In this document: piece after piece, positions 44,652 to 54,529 of the stretch | Position numbering within the stretch: the first letter of the stretch is position 1 | How the letters are laid out: each line of letters starts with the position of its first letter | NCBI GenBank assembly: GCA_049517335.1 | Contig: JBEKSD010000002.1 | Coordinates: 85,058 to 149,057 of the forward strand | Direction of reading: 5' to 3' | Length of the DNA: 64,000 nucleotides | From: Candidatus Omnitrophota bacterium | GTDB taxonomy: Bacteria; Omnitrophota; Gorgyraeia; Gygaellales; Profunditerraquicolaceae | Program-made: the position numbers and the translations under genes | The notes under the pieces: model-generated | The model's input: the letters and a program-made list of their open reading frames with translations, nothing else | Database searches by the model: none | What the model was told of the DNA's origin: nothing

Positions 44652-45941
44652 TTACCTGCCGGTAGACAGACATTCTTCCATTACTTTTATAGAACAATAA
44701 TTCCCGCACATGGTACAGACGCCCGAAAGTCCGGGTTTTGAAGATTGCCTGTATGCCCTTGCTTTATCAGGGTCAATTGACAATGCTATTTGTTTTCTCC
44801 AGTTACGCTTTTTGCGTGACTCCGACATTAATCTATCCCAGACAACCGCCCTACTCTTAATCTTTACCAAATCAGCGGCGTGTGCTGCAATCCTTGAGGC
44901 AATTACCCCTTCCCTTACATCATCAACCGAAGGGTGCCTTAAATGTTCCGAAGGAGTTACGTAACAAAGGAAATCAGCTCCCGCGCTTGCGGCTATTGCC
45001 CCGCCTATTGCGCAGGTTATATGATCGTATCCTGCTGCGACATCCGTAACCAGCGGCCCCAATACATAAAAAGGCGCTCCCTGACAGATTTTTTTCTGGA
45101 GCGCGATATTTTTTTCTATCTGATCCAAAGGGACATGGCCCGGTCCCTCAATCATTACCTGCACATTCCTTCTTCTTGCTTCCTGCGCAAGTTCGCCTAA
45201 GATCCGTAATTCAGTAATCTGGGGTTTATCGGTTGCGTCTAAAACAGATCCCGGCCTTAAACCGTCCCCCAAGCTTATCGTAACGTCGTATTTATAACAA
45301 ATATCCAGTATTTTATCAAAATACTGGTAAAAAGGGTTCTCTTTACCGTTCCTTTTAATCCATGCTGCCAAGATTGCCCCGCCTCTTGAAACAATGCCCA
45401 TTAGCCGTTTCTGTTTAATCAGGGCGTTTAAGCTTTTTTTCGTTACGCCGGAGTGTAGGGTAAAAAAATCCACCCCTTCTTTTGCCTGAGCCTCAAGTAC
45501 GCCGAGCATATCATCAGAGTCAAATTCTAAAAAATCCTTTCTTTTCTCTTGCGCATTTACGGCGATTTCATAAACAGGGACGGTGCCGACGGGAACAGTT
45601 GAACGTTTAATAATCTCACCCCGAATTCTTTTAAGGTGTGGGCCTACGCTTAAATCCATTACCGTATCAGCCCCGTATTTAATGGCGGTGCTGAGCTTTT
45701 TTAATTCTTCATTTAGCTTTGATTTATCGGTTGAGGTGCCAATATTGGCATTGACTTTTGTAGATAGACCCAATCCGATACCGCAGGGTTTTTTAAGGCG
45801 GCGGTTAATATTCTGTGGGATTACGATCTTGCCTTTACGGATGTTCCTAAGGAGAGTAAGAAGAGGAATTTTCTCCTGCCTTGCAACTTTTCTTATTATG
45901 GGAGTTGCGATGTTTTTTTTAGCTGCTTCCAACAAAGTCAT
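44652..45941 (-). CDS. thiC: Phosphomethylpyrimidine synthase
   Basis: KVNANIGTS, GADTVMDLS, GTVPVY, VSRGG, SLGDGLRPG, MIEGPGH, CTMCG.YCS; adjacent to thiE. Confidence 0.92.
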   Translation of the reverse strand: MTLLEAAKKNIATPIIRKVARQEKIPLLTLLRNIRKGKIVIPQNINRRLKKPCGIGLGLSTKVNANIGTSTDKSKLNEELKKLSTAIKYGADTVMDLSVGPHLKRIRGEIIKRSTVPVGTVPVYEIAVNAQEKRKDFLEFDSDDMLGVLEAQAKEGVDFFTLHSGVTKKSLNALIKQKRLMGIVSRGGAILAAWIKRNGKENPFYQYFDKILDICYKYDVTISLGDGLRPGSVLDATDKPQITELRILGELAQEARRRNVQVMIEGPGHVPLDQIEKNIALQKKICQGAPFYVLGPLVTDVAAGYDHITCAIGGAIAASAGADFLCYVTPSEHLRHPSVDDVREGVIASRIAAHAADLVKIKSRAVVWDRLMSESRKKRNWRKQIALSIDPDKARAYRQSSKPGLSGVCTMCGNYCSIKVMEECLSTGR

Positions 45942-45942
45942 T

Positions 45943-46578
45943 TTAATTTAAAACCTTATAAATACGGTCTGCAATTTCCTTAAAGTTATCTTTTTCTAAT
46001 ATTGCCCTGCAAATAGCCGCCCGCTTTGCTCCCTGAGCGACTACGCTTTCTATATTGTCTTGCTTAATATCCCCTATAGCAAAATAGGGAATTTTGATTT
46101 TCCCTTCTAATTCCTTAAGGCCTCTTAAGCCGATTGGCGGATAATCGGGTTTTGTTTTTGTAGCGAACAGCGGGCCTATCCCGATGTAATCCGCACCCTG
46201 CCTCTGGGCAATTCTGGCCTGCTTTAGGCTATGACAGGAAACCCCAATTATTTTATTTTTACCCAGCAGTTTCCTTGTCTTCTTTACGGATGAGTCATTT
46301 TGCCCCAGATGCACCCCGTCGCAATCAGCAATCTTTGCTATTTCAGGGTAGTCGTTTATGATAAATATTTTTCCGGAACTCTTAAATATCCTATTCAGCC
46401 TTATAGCTTCTTTCAGAAGGTTATTTTTATTTTCGTCCTTCGCCCTAAGCTGAATGATATCAATCTTTGAATCTTTAATTTTACCGGCAATTAAGTTTAA
46501 CGGCTTATTGGCGCACGTTTTTTTATCTAATATGAGGTAAAGACGCGATTTTTTTAAGAGCTTCTTTTTCGGTTTCAT
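45943..46578 (-). CDS. thiE: Thiamine-phosphate synthase
   Basis: IQLRAK, IIND, DGVHLGQ.D, IGVSCH, GADYIGIGP.F.T.TK. Confidence 0.94.
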   Translation of the reverse strand: MKPKKKLLKKSRLYLILDKKTCANKPLNLIAGKIKDSKIDIIQLRAKDENKNNLLKEAIRLNRIFKSSGKIFIINDYPEIAKIADCDGVHLGQNDSSVKKTRKLLGKNKIIGVSCHSLKQARIAQRQGADYIGIGPLFATKTKPDYPPIGLRGLKELEGKIKIPYFAIGDIKQDNIESVVAQGAKRAAICRAILEKDNFKEIADRIYKVLN

Positions 46579-46966
46579 AAAGGCGGTAGCGCATTTTCTT
46601 AAAGCCTATGGCAGCCTGTTTATTTATAAGCTTGCTGAATTCTTCCAACACGCGGATACTCTCTTTAACCCTCTGGATGTTGGCAATGAATATATCTTCC
46701 ACATCGGCCCTTTTAAGTTCTTTAGCGAAGATATTTATACCCACGTCCTCCGCGCTGTAGCGGCATCCCAGTAAATCCTCTTTGTTGATAAGCGATTCTA
46801 TTAAACTGCTGATTTCATGCCTTGTGTTTTTTAATTCGCGGGTAAGTTTTCGGTCCTCAAGCAGGAAACGGGTAATTTCTTCGCAGACACGTAAACCTTC
46901 CTTACTGCGGTTTATGTTTGCGTCAATTATCCTGATTATTGAATTTAGCTTAATTTGTTTTCGCAA
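46523..46966 (-). CDS. ThiE N-terminal extension (ThiD2-like) helical domain as a separate ORF
   Basis: RIIDANINRSKEGLRVCEE..RF, R...DVG, AN..RVKESIRVLEEFSK, RY..Y..E. Confidence 0.88.
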   Translation of the reverse strand: MRKQIKLNSIIRIIDANINRSKEGLRVCEEITRFLLEDRKLTRELKNTRHEISSLIESLINKEDLLGCRYSAEDVGINIFAKELKRADVEDIFIANIQRVKESIRVLEEFSKLINKQAAIGFKKMRYRLYETEKEALKKIASLPHIR

Positions 46967-47429
46967 TTTTTTTGATAAGGTTTGTAGTAGAGCGGTCTTT
47001 GGCTAATTTCACCGTCTTTACCCTGCCGCCGTATGATTTAACAAAATCCGCTCCCACAATACCTCTGCCTTTCCAATCAGACCCTTTAACTAATATGTCG
47101 GGTTCTAATACCTGAATTATTTTTAAAGGGGTTTTCTCGCCGAAGACAACGACAAAATCTACGCTTTGTAAGCCGGCTAAGACTCTTGCCCTGTCAAATT
47201 CATTTACTACCGGACGGCCTAAGCCTTTTATCTTCCTGACGGAAGAGTCAGAATTTATAGCGACAACAAGACAGTCGCCTTTTGCTTTAGCTTTTTCAAG
47301 GTACATCACATGCCCGTAATGCAATATGTCAAAACAACCGTTGGTAAAAACAATTTTTTTACCTCTAGCCTTCAGGGCTCTGATTAACTTCTTAAGGCTA
47401 CCGAGTTTCTTTACTTTTGTTCCTGACAA
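46950..47429 (-). CDS. rfaE2: D-glycero-beta-D-manno-heptose 1-phosphate adenylyltransferase
   Basis: VFTNGCFDILHYGH..YL..AK, NSDSSV..IKG..RP, LVKG.DW, STT. Confidence 0.94.
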   Translation of the reverse strand: MSGTKVKKLGSLKKLIRALKARGKKIVFTNGCFDILHYGHVMYLEKAKAKGDCLVVAINSDSSVRKIKGLGRPVVNEFDRARVLAGLQSVDFVVVFGEKTPLKIIQVLEPDILVKGSDWKGRGIVGADFVKSYGGRVKTVKLAKDRSTTNLIKKIAKTN

Positions 47430-47989
47430 AGCATCTGCTCCACAAGTTCACAAATAATATGCCCTACGGTAATATGCGCTTCCTGAATTCTTGCCGTAAC
47501 AGCAGAAGGGACAATAAACGAAACATCCGCCAGTTTTGCGAGTTCCCCTCCGTCTCCGCCGGTGAGGGCGACCGTCTTTATGCTGCTTTTCTTCGCCTGT
47601 TTTAAAGCAAGTGCGACATTCTTTGCTTTCCCGCTGGTTGAAATACAGATTAATATATCGTTTTTCTGGGCCAGGGCTTCAACCTGTTTGGAAAACACCA
47701 CATCGTAACCGTAGTCATTAGCTAATGAGGTGAGCACCGAGGTGTTGGTGGTTAAAGAAACAGCTGCAAGCGCGGTTCTGTCGCGTTTAAAACGCCCAAT
47801 AAGCTCAGCTGCGATGTGCTGGGCATCGGCAGCTGAACCACCGTTACCGCAAAGGAGCACCTTGCCTCCCTTTTTAAGACAATCAATGATGAGGTCGGCG
47901 ATATTCTTAATCTGTCCGACATAGCTACGCAATAACTCTTCCTTTACCTGGATACTTTCCAATAATATGTCTTTTATTCTGTCTCTCAT
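47411..47989 (-). CDS. gmhA: Phosphoheptose isomerase
   Basis: CGNGGSAADAQHIAAEL, NDYGY, ISTSG, RIQEAHI..GH. Confidence 0.96.
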   Translation of the reverse strand: MRDRIKDILLESIQVKEELLRSYVGQIKNIADLIIDCLKKGGKVLLCGNGGSAADAQHIAAELIGRFKRDRTALAAVSLTTNTSVLTSLANDYGYDVVFSKQVEALAQKNDILICISTSGKAKNVALALKQAKKSSIKTVALTGGDGGELAKLADVSFIVPSAVTARIQEAHITVGHIICELVEQMLCQEQK

Positions 47990-48020
47990 ATTTTACCCTC
48001 TTTTTTTTAAATGGGTTCGT

Positions 48021-49055
48021 CTAGCCAAAGAATACCTTGGCAATATCATAGAGCTCTTTGTCAACGAGTTTCAGCTCTTTAACCGCATCCTGTAAAGGCA
48101 CGTCAATAATTTTTATGCCAGAAAGCGCGACCATCCTTCCGAATTTCTTGTCCTTAATCAAATCAACGGCTGCAACTCCGAAACGTGTCCCTAAAACGCG
48201 GTCAAAAGCCGTAGGCGAGCCGCCCCTCTGGATGTGGCCTAAAACGGTAACCCGGGTCTCATAACCGGTTCTTTTTTCAATTTCTTCGGCAAGGATAGCG
48301 CCGATACCCCCTAAGCGCACATGACCGAATGAATCAAGTTTCTGCTCCTGAAGTACCGTATCGCCTTCTTTAAAATGCGCACCTTCTGCAACCACCACGA
48401 TACTGAAAGTTTTCCCCCGTGAATGCCTTTTTCTTATTATATTGCATACCTCATCCATATCTATCGGCAATTCCGGGATCAATATGACATCCGCCCCTCC
48501 GGCAATGCCTGCTTCAATGGCAATCCAACCGGCATGTCTGCCCATTACTTCAGCTACCATAATCCGGTGATGGCTTTCCGCAGTCGTATGCAGCCTGTCT
48601 ATGCATTCCATTGCCACGTTTAATGCCGTATCAAAACCAAAAGTATAATCTGTTGCCGAAAGGTCATTATCAATTGTTTTGGGCACGCCGACAATATTCG
48701 GTATGCCGTCCTTGATTAATTTTGCGGCAACCCCCAAAGTATCTTCCCCTCCTATCACCACAAGGGCGCCGAGTGAGAGCTTTTTAAAATTCTCCTTAAC
48801 CCTCTTCAAGTCTTCCTCTTTTTTGTAGGGGTTGGTTCTGCTAGTGCCAAGTATGGTGCCGCCGCGAGGCAATATGCCTGAGACAGCTTCAATATTTAAA
48901 GGCATGGTATCAGCTTCAACAAGCCCCTTCCAGCCATTTTTTATACCTATAAATTCATAACCTTCTAAAAGGCCTTTTCTCACCATCGCCCGAATAACCG
49001 GATTTAACCCCGGGCAATCTCCTCCTCCTGTTAAAACTCCGACTTTCAAACTCAT
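48021..49055 (-). CDS. pfkA: 6-phosphofructokinase
   Basis: TGGGDCPGLN, GGTILGTSR, IGGEDT, PKTIDND, EVMGRHAG, LGHIQRGG. Confidence 0.95.
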   Translation of the reverse strand: MSLKVGVLTGGGDCPGLNPVIRAMVRKGLLEGYEFIGIKNGWKGLVEADTMPLNIEAVSGILPRGGTILGTSRTNPYKKEEDLKRVKENFKKLSLGALVVIGGEDTLGVAAKLIKDGIPNIVGVPKTIDNDLSATDYTFGFDTALNVAMECIDRLHTTAESHHRIMVAEVMGRHAGWIAIEAGIAGGADVILIPELPIDMDEVCNIIRKRHSRGKTFSIVVVAEGAHFKEGDTVLQEQKLDSFGHVRLGGIGAILAEEIEKRTGYETRVTVLGHIQRGGSPTAFDRVLGTRFGVAAVDLIKDKKFGRMVALSGIKIIDVPLQDAVKELKLVDKELYDIAKVFFG

Positions 49056-49080
49056 CTCTAAACCTCTCCTCTCTTAAAAA

Positions 49081-49680
49081 CTACATTCTTCCGTAGCCGC
49101 TAAACGGTATTACCGGCTGCTGTTTTTTATCTTTTTCTTCCTGCGGAACAATTTTTACGATATGTGTATTCACGAATATCTTCTCTTCTAACCCCAAAAC
49201 TTCCTGCATCTTTCCTTTGGTCATCTCTTCAAGACGTTCGGTTAAACCCGGGATATTCGCTTCGGACCTTAAAACCACGCGCAATTCTACGGTAATGCCC
49301 CTTTTGTTGGCCTTTACGTCTGGCCTTAACTCTTTCACTTCCGGCATAAAGCTAACAATCCTTTTAATCAGATCCTCAACGGCTGAAAGCGCGATAGTCA
49401 CTTCTCCGGAAGCAGTCTTAAAGGCAATTGTTTTCTCTCTCTGGAACCTCCCCAAGATTAACTGGGCCAATGAGATACTCACCAGTATAAGAAGGATACC
49501 GGAAAGTGCGATAATCACCCTCACGTGTGCATTCTGCTGAACATAAAGAATGGCGCTATTGATATACTGTGCACCCTGCGGCTGAAGGGAAGAAAAAGAA
49601 AAGATAAGAGTCAAGATAATTAAAGCTACGCCTATTAACACTAATACCGCAGTATAAAATAATATTCCCAATGTCCTCAT
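49081..49680 (-). CDS. amaP: Alkaline shock response membrane anchor protein
   Basis: Two TM segments, G.V.I...AVEDL; directly downstream of Asp23. Confidence 0.8.
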   Translation of the reverse strand: MRTLGILFYTAVLVLIGVALIILTLIFSFSSLQPQGAQYINSAILYVQQNAHVRVIIALSGILLILVSISLAQLILGRFQREKTIAFKTASGEVTIALSAVEDLIKRIVSFMPEVKELRPDVKANKRGITVELRVVLRSEANIPGLTERLEEMTKGKMQEVLGLEEKIFVNTHIVKIVPQEEKDKKQQPVIPFSGYGRM

Positions 49681-49696
49681 CTTCCCTCACTCCTTC

Positions 49697-49716
49697 CTTA
49701 CCTGCCGGTAGGCAGG
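49697..49716. repeat. Short CCTGCCGGTAGGCAGG palindromic repeat (second copy at 44651-44669)
   Basis: CTTACCTGCCGGTAG(G/A)CAG occurs twice; the 44651 copy encodes the ThiC C-terminus and stop. Confidence 0.6.
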
Positions 49717-49717
49717 C

Positions 49718-50074
49718 TTACTCTTTTTCTATCGCCTTTACTTTTATATTTATGTCCCTGACCGATAAACTGGTCATTTTCTCCACCGACTGCCTGACAT
49801 TTTCCTGAACTTTATTGGCAATCTCGGGAATATTGTATCCGTATTTTATTATTAACGGGATTTCTATGGCCGCCTCGCCGCTTTTATTTATTTCAACTTT
49901 TATCGCGGAGTAAGATTTTTTGCCGACTATTGAAAACAACCCGCTTTGCAAATTCCCTCCCACGCGCTTAACGCCTTCTATCTCTACGGCTGCGATAGCA
50001 GCAATGGAAGCAATCGCGTTTTTGTGTATTTTAATTGCGCCTAAATCCGTTATAGACTCATCCTTATGCTGCAT
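49718..50074 (-). CDS. Asp23/Gls24-family envelope stress protein
   Basis: LG.IKI...AIASIA..AA.EIEGV, YG.NIPE.A..VQ..V...VE.MT.L.V..INI.V. Confidence 0.92.
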   Translation of the reverse strand: MQHKDESITDLGAIKIHKNAIASIAAIAAVEIEGVKRVGGNLQSGLFSIVGKKSYSAIKVEINKSGEAAIEIPLIIKYGYNIPEIANKVQENVRQSVEKMTSLSVRDINIKVKAIEKE

Positions 50075-51439
50075 TTATTCCTCTCCTTTGCTTTCAATGT
50101 TAAGCATATCAGGCACAAAATGAGTGGATATGTCCCCTTTTAAGAATTGCGGGTGCTGGAGAAGCTTTAAATGGAAGGGTATCGTAGTTTTGATGGGCGC
50201 GATGGTGAATTCGTTTAAAGCCCGCGCCATCGTCTGTATGGCCTCCGCCCTGTTATTGCCGCGGGTGATCACTTTGGCGACAAGCGAATCGTAATACTGA
50301 GAAATCTCATATCCCGGGTAAATATGGGTATCCACGCGCACATTCGGACCGCCGGGCAGGATTAAAGTCTCAATTTTCCCGGGAGAAGGCATAAAATTAT
50401 TTTCAAAATCTTCGGCATTGATACGACATTCAATGGCCGCGCCTCTCATGGGTACCTGATCCTGTTGTATCTTTATTTTTTCTCCCGCAGCGATACGAAT
50501 CTGTTCCTTTATCAGGTCTATTCCGGTTACCATTTCAGTCACCGGGTGCTCTACCTGAATGCGGGTATTCATCTCCATGAAATAGAAATTATTTTGCGAA
50601 GGGTCAAACAGCAACTCTATTGTGCCTGCTGAAACATAATTTATGGACTTGATGCCTTTTAAGGCAAGCTCCCCTAAACGTTTGCGCAATTTGGCATCTA
50701 CGACCGGCGAAGGGCTCTCTTCAAGAAGTTTTTGGTGCCTCCTCTGGATACTGCAGTCCCTTTCTCCCAGATAAATCGCATGCCCGAATTTGTCGCTGAG
50801 AATTTGTATCTCAATATGGCGCGGCTTCTCGATGTATTTTTCAATATAAACGCTGGGGTTTCCGAAATTAGCCTCAGCTTCGCTTTGCGCGGTCATCAAG
50901 CTTGAAATAAGAGTCAGGTCGTTGTGGCAGACACGCATACCCCTGCCCCCTCCGCCGGCAGCAGCTTTTATAATGACGGGGTAACCGATACTTTTTGCAA
51001 TTCTAACTGCTTCTTCTTTGTTTTTGATGGCGCTGGCACTTCCGGGGATGATGGGGATGCCGGCTTTCTGCATGGTTGAGCGCGCAACCATTTTATCTCC
51101 CATTAGCCGGATATTTTCCGGGGTAGGGCCGATAAAGGTTATTTTACAAGATTCGCATATTTCGGCAAAGTGGGCGTTTTCAGAGAGAAAACCGTATCCG
51201 GGATGTATGGCCTCAACATCGGCAATTTCTGCAGCACTGATTATGGCCGGGATATTAAGATAGCTTGAACTGCTGGCAGCTTTTCCGATGCATATTGCTT
51301 CGTCCGCAAAACGCACATGCAATGAAGAACGGTCAACTTCGGAATAAACCGCAACGGTCCTAATCCCTAATTCGCGGCAGGCGCGTATAATCCTAAGGGC
51401 GATCTCGCCCCGGTTGGCAATCAGTATTTTAGAAAACAT
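50075..51439 (-). CDS. accC: Acetyl-CoA carboxylase biotin carboxylase
   Basis: [48 protein letters not shown]. Confidence 0.97.
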   Translation of the reverse strand: MFSKILIANRGEIALRIIRACRELGIRTVAVYSEVDRSSLHVRFADEAICIGKAASSSSYLNIPAIISAAEIADVEAIHPGYGFLSENAHFAEICESCKITFIGPTPENIRLMGDKMVARSTMQKAGIPIIPGSASAIKNKEEAVRIAKSIGYPVIIKAAAGGGGRGMRVCHNDLTLISSLMTAQSEAEANFGNPSVYIEKYIEKPRHIEIQILSDKFGHAIYLGERDCSIQRRHQKLLEESPSPVVDAKLRKRLGELALKGIKSINYVSAGTIELLFDPSQNNFYFMEMNTRIQVEHPVTEMVTGIDLIKEQIRIAAGEKIKIQQDQVPMRGAAIECRINAEDFENNFMPSPGKIETLILPGGPNVRVDTHIYPGYEISQYYDSLVAKVITRGNNRAEAIQTMARALNEFTIAPIKTTIPFHLKLLQHPQFLKGDISTHFVPDMLNIESKGEE

Positions 51440-51447
51440 TTTATACT

Positions 51448-51909
51448 TTAGAGGGGTTCAACGAGGAGTATCGGCTGCCCAAACTCAACCGGCTCGGCAT
51501 TATCAACTAAGATTTCAAGTATCTTTCCCTTAATCTCGGATTTAATTTCATTCATCAGTTTCATCGCTTCAATGATACAAATGACCTGGCCCGGTTCCAT
51601 GACCTGGCCCACCTCCACATAAGGAGGTGCTTCCGGAGAAGGGGCGCGATAAAACGTCCCAACCATGGGCGCTTTGACTTCTACGGTCTTAAGCGACGAT
51701 TTATCCTGCTCTCCTAGAGTTTGTAGCTTCGCCTGCTGAGCTTCTATCTGGACACTCTGCCTTTCAACCAGAATAGGTCCGTTGAAACCTTCCTGAGGCG
51801 AAGAAGTCTTTTTTAACTTAATACGCATGCCGTCTTTTTCAATTTCCATCTCCATGAGGCCGTTTTCATTCATCAAAGTTATCATTTCTTTGATTTCTTT
51901 AATATTCAT
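51448..51909 (-). CDS. accB: Biotin carboxyl carrier protein
   Basis: [21 protein letters not shown]. Confidence 0.97.
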   Translation of the reverse strand: MNIKEIKEMITLMNENGLMEMEIEKDGMRIKLKKTSSPQEGFNGPILVERQSVQIEAQQAKLQTLGEQDKSSLKTVEVKAPMVGTFYRAPSPEAPPYVEVGQVMEPGQVICIIEAMKLMNEIKSEIKGKILEILVDNAEPVEFGQPILLVEPL

Positions 51910-51920
51910 TTATACTCCTT

Positions 51921-52487
51921 TTAGGCAACCCTCTCTACGTAATTACCGCTGCGGGTATCCAGTTTAATTTTGTCTCCCTCGTTAATAAATAAAGGAACCT
52001 GCACTATTGCCCCGGTGTCAATTTCAGCCGGCTTGGTGCCGCTTTTTGCGGTATCGCCCTTGATGCCGGGCTCGGTATGAATGATATTAAATGCAATGAA
52101 ATTGGGAAGATTGACGGTAAGCGTGTCTCCTTTATAGAAATTACCCGCTACCTCCAGGTTATCTTTAAGGAATTTTTTTGTATTTTCGGAAAGGTTGTCT
52201 TCGGATATAGGGATATCTTCATAGGTCTCAGTGTCCATAAAGTGGTACATATTCCCAGAATGGTACTGATATTGCAGCTTCCTCTCTTCCACAAAAGCTT
52301 CATCAATCTTTTCGTCTCCGCGGAAGGTTATTTCTTGTATATTGGAAGTCTTCATATTGCGCACCTTTGCCCGCACAAAAGCCGAACCCTTGCCCGGCTT
52401 AACATGCTGCGCATCTACTACTACATAGACTATCCGCTCCACTAAAATCGTTATTCCTGATTTAATTTCATTAATTGATAGCGCCAC
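51921..52487 (-). CDS. efp: Elongation factor P
   Basis: HVKPGKGSAFVR, PGIKGDTA, VPLFI..G. Confidence 0.97.
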   Translation of the reverse strand: MALSINEIKSGITILVERIVYVVVDAQHVKPGKGSAFVRAKVRNMKTSNIQEITFRGDEKIDEAFVEERKLQYQYHSGNMYHFMDTETYEDIPISEDNLSENTKKFLKDNLEVAGNFYKGDTLTVNLPNFIAFNIIHTEPGIKGDTAKSGTKPAEIDTGAIVQVPLFINEGDKIKLDTRSGNYVERVA

Positions 52488-53538
52488 TTAAAACTTTTAC
52501 CCCTTTCTGTGTTACTAATACCATATCTTCTATTCTTACGCCGAATTTACCGGGTAAGTATATGCCCGGTTCAACGGTAAAAATCATTCCCGGCCTTAAA
52601 ATACAGTTTTCTTTTGCCGAAATACCCGGCTGCTCATGGACTTCAAGGCCTATCCCATGGCCTAAACTGTGCCCGAAAAAGTGCGCAAATCCTTTCTTTC
52701 CAATATATTGCCTTCCAGCTGCATCAACTTTTGCTGCCTTCACTCCGGGCTTAACCGCTGCAATAGCCCTTCTTTGCGCTTCTGCGACAATGCTATGGAT
52801 TTGTCTTAAGAGAACCTTAATTTTACCCAAAAAGAATACCCTTGTCAAGTCAGATTTATAGCCGTGGTAATCAATGCCTAAATCTATCAATACCAATTCA
52901 TTGTTACGGATTTTGCGGTAACCGGGAATATGGTGAGGAAGGCTTGAATTAGGACCGGAAGCGACAATAATGTCAAAGGCAGAGTTGGTTGCCCCAAAAT
53001 ACCTTATAAACCGTTCAAGTTCAGCAACCACCTCAAGTTCCGTGGTGCCAGGTTTTATGAATTTTTTGATATGTCTTAATGCTTCCCCGGTAATTTGAAC
53101 CGCCTTTTTCATTTTCGCTATTTCTGAAGGCTCCTTTACCTGCCTTAAGGCTTCAATTATGCCGTGGGATGGTATTATTTTAGTTTCTCCGGAGATCTCC
53201 TTCTTTATCCTGTTATATTCGGCATAAGGAAGATACCTTTCTTCAAAAGCAAGGCGGACCAATTTTAATTCTCTAGAGGAAGAGGCGATTAATTCAAATA
53301 CTGAGCCGTTGGCCTTTCTAACTATAGCAATATCTTTCAGTGCTCTTTGCGCTTCTTCCGTATAACGTAAGTCCGTAAAATAAATATTTCCCTTACGGGA
53401 AGCTAAAAAATAAGAATCACGGCTGGGATATTTAGTCAGATAAGTTATATTAGCGGGCGTTGAAACAAGGATGGCATCAAGCTTTAGTGCGTCTAACTCC
53501 TTAGAAAGTTTATGTAATCGTTCATTCATATCAATCAA
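52471..53538 (-). CDS. Xaa-Pro aminopeptidase (M24)
   Basis: IVASGPNS.LPH, IDLG....GY.SD.TR, HSLGHGIGLEVHE, TVEPGIY, GVRIED. Confidence 0.95.
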   Translation of the reverse strand: MIDMNERLHKLSKELDALKLDAILVSTPANITYLTKYPSRDSYFLASRKGNIYFTDLRYTEEAQRALKDIAIVRKANGSVFELIASSSRELKLVRLAFEERYLPYAEYNRIKKEISGETKIIPSHGIIEALRQVKEPSEIAKMKKAVQITGEALRHIKKFIKPGTTELEVVAELERFIRYFGATNSAFDIIVASGPNSSLPHHIPGYRKIRNNELVLIDLGIDYHGYKSDLTRVFFLGKIKVLLRQIHSIVAEAQRRAIAAVKPGVKAAKVDAAGRQYIGKKGFAHFFGHSLGHGIGLEVHEQPGISAKENCILRPGMIFTVEPGIYLPGKFGVRIEDMVLVTQKGVKVLSGAIN

Positions 53539-53579
53539 AAAAGGTAAGAGCCTTTAGGCCTTGACTCTTTTTTTTAAGT

Positions 53580-54014
53580 TTAAATAATATCTAATAAAGC
53601 TTCCAGCCCCAAAAGGTAGCTCTTATGTCCAAAACCTAGAACCGTTCCCTTAGCTACGGGGCTGATTAAGGATTGATGCCTGAATTCTTCGCGGGAGTAA
53701 ATATTGGAAAGGTGCACTTCAACAGTGGCAATTCCAGAAGCGACAATGGCATCCCTTATGGCAACGCTAGTATGGGTATATGCCGCAGGGTTTATAAGCA
53801 GGCCGTCAAATTTGCTTTTTGCTTTGCCTATCAAATCCACAATTTCGCCTTCATGGTTTGACTGTTTTATGGTGAGTTTTACTTTCTTCTTTTCCGCGAG
53901 GTTACGGAGTTTGGCGTTGATTTCTTTTAATGTCAACCGGCCGTAGGTTAGCGGTTCCCTCTGCCCCAGCAGATTCAGATTAGGACCATGTATAACTAAG
54001 ATTTTTTTTGTCAT
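53580..54014 (-). CDS. aroQ: Type II 3-dehydroquinate dehydratase
   Basis: [35 protein letters not shown]...REEFRH. Confidence 0.97.
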   Translation of the reverse strand: MTKKILVIHGPNLNLLGQREPLTYGRLTLKEINAKLRNLAEKKKVKLTIKQSNHEGEIVDLIGKAKSKFDGLLINPAAYTHTSVAIRDAIVASGIATVEVHLSNIYSREEFRHQSLISPVAKGTVLGFGHKSYLLGLEALLDII

Positions 54015-54025
54015 AGTCTATGCAA

Positions 54026-54181
54026 TTAACTTTCCGCCTCATCAATAAGCATAACTGGAATCCCGTCTTTTATGGGGTATTTCCTTTTGCATTTCTTGCA
54101 GACGATTTTATTCTCTTTCAATTCAACATCCCCTTTGCACGCGGGGCATATTAATATATCCAAGAGCTCTTTATCGATCAT
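54026..54181 (-). CDS. Trm112-family (YcaR-like) protein, 51 aa (below the ORF-track cutoff)
   Basis: MIDKELLDILICPACKGDV.....IVCKKCKRKYPIKDGIPVMLIDEA. Confidence 0.92.
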   Translation of the reverse strand: MIDKELLDILICPACKGDVELKENKIVCKKCKRKYPIKDGIPVMLIDEAES

Positions 54182-54525
54182 TTTATACCCTCCTGCTGCT
54201 TAGCGAGATACATAGTCCTTAGTTCATAGAGCACATTTTCAAGCAGCTTACTTTCTTCAGGGTTGAGGTTGCCTTTGGTCTTCTCCTGAAGCATACCCAA
54301 AGTATCAATTAAGAACTGCGCCTGCTGTGGCTCATATTCGGTTTTATTCGTTGCCGGGTTGGGTATCTGACCCAAGGCAATTGATGCCTGAAGGGCAAGC
54401 GTAGTGATGAAAAAATTAAAATCCGGCTCAGGTGCGTTTAATTTACCTTGGTTTTTTAGCGCTTCTTTTTCCTTATCTACTGCTTCCTTCCAGCTTTCGT
54501 CGTTTTTTTTCTGATTTTCGTCCAT
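54178..54525 (-). CDS. DUF1844 family protein
   Basis: F..FI..LA.QA..ALG.IPNP, A..LIDTL.ML.EKTKGNL..EE; start reassigned to ATG 54525. Confidence 0.9.
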   Translation of the reverse strand: MDENQKKNDESWKEAVDKEKEALKNQGKLNAPEPDFNFFITTLALQASIALGQIPNPATNKTEYEPQQAQFLIDTLGMLQEKTKGNLNPEESKLLENVLYELRTMYLAKQQEGIK

Positions 54526-54529
54526 AATT

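Noticed and set aside
44652-45941. BzaF/BzaAB instead of ThiC, given nearby B12 genes
   Set aside because: Directly coupled to thiE and not preceded by a cobalamin riboswitch
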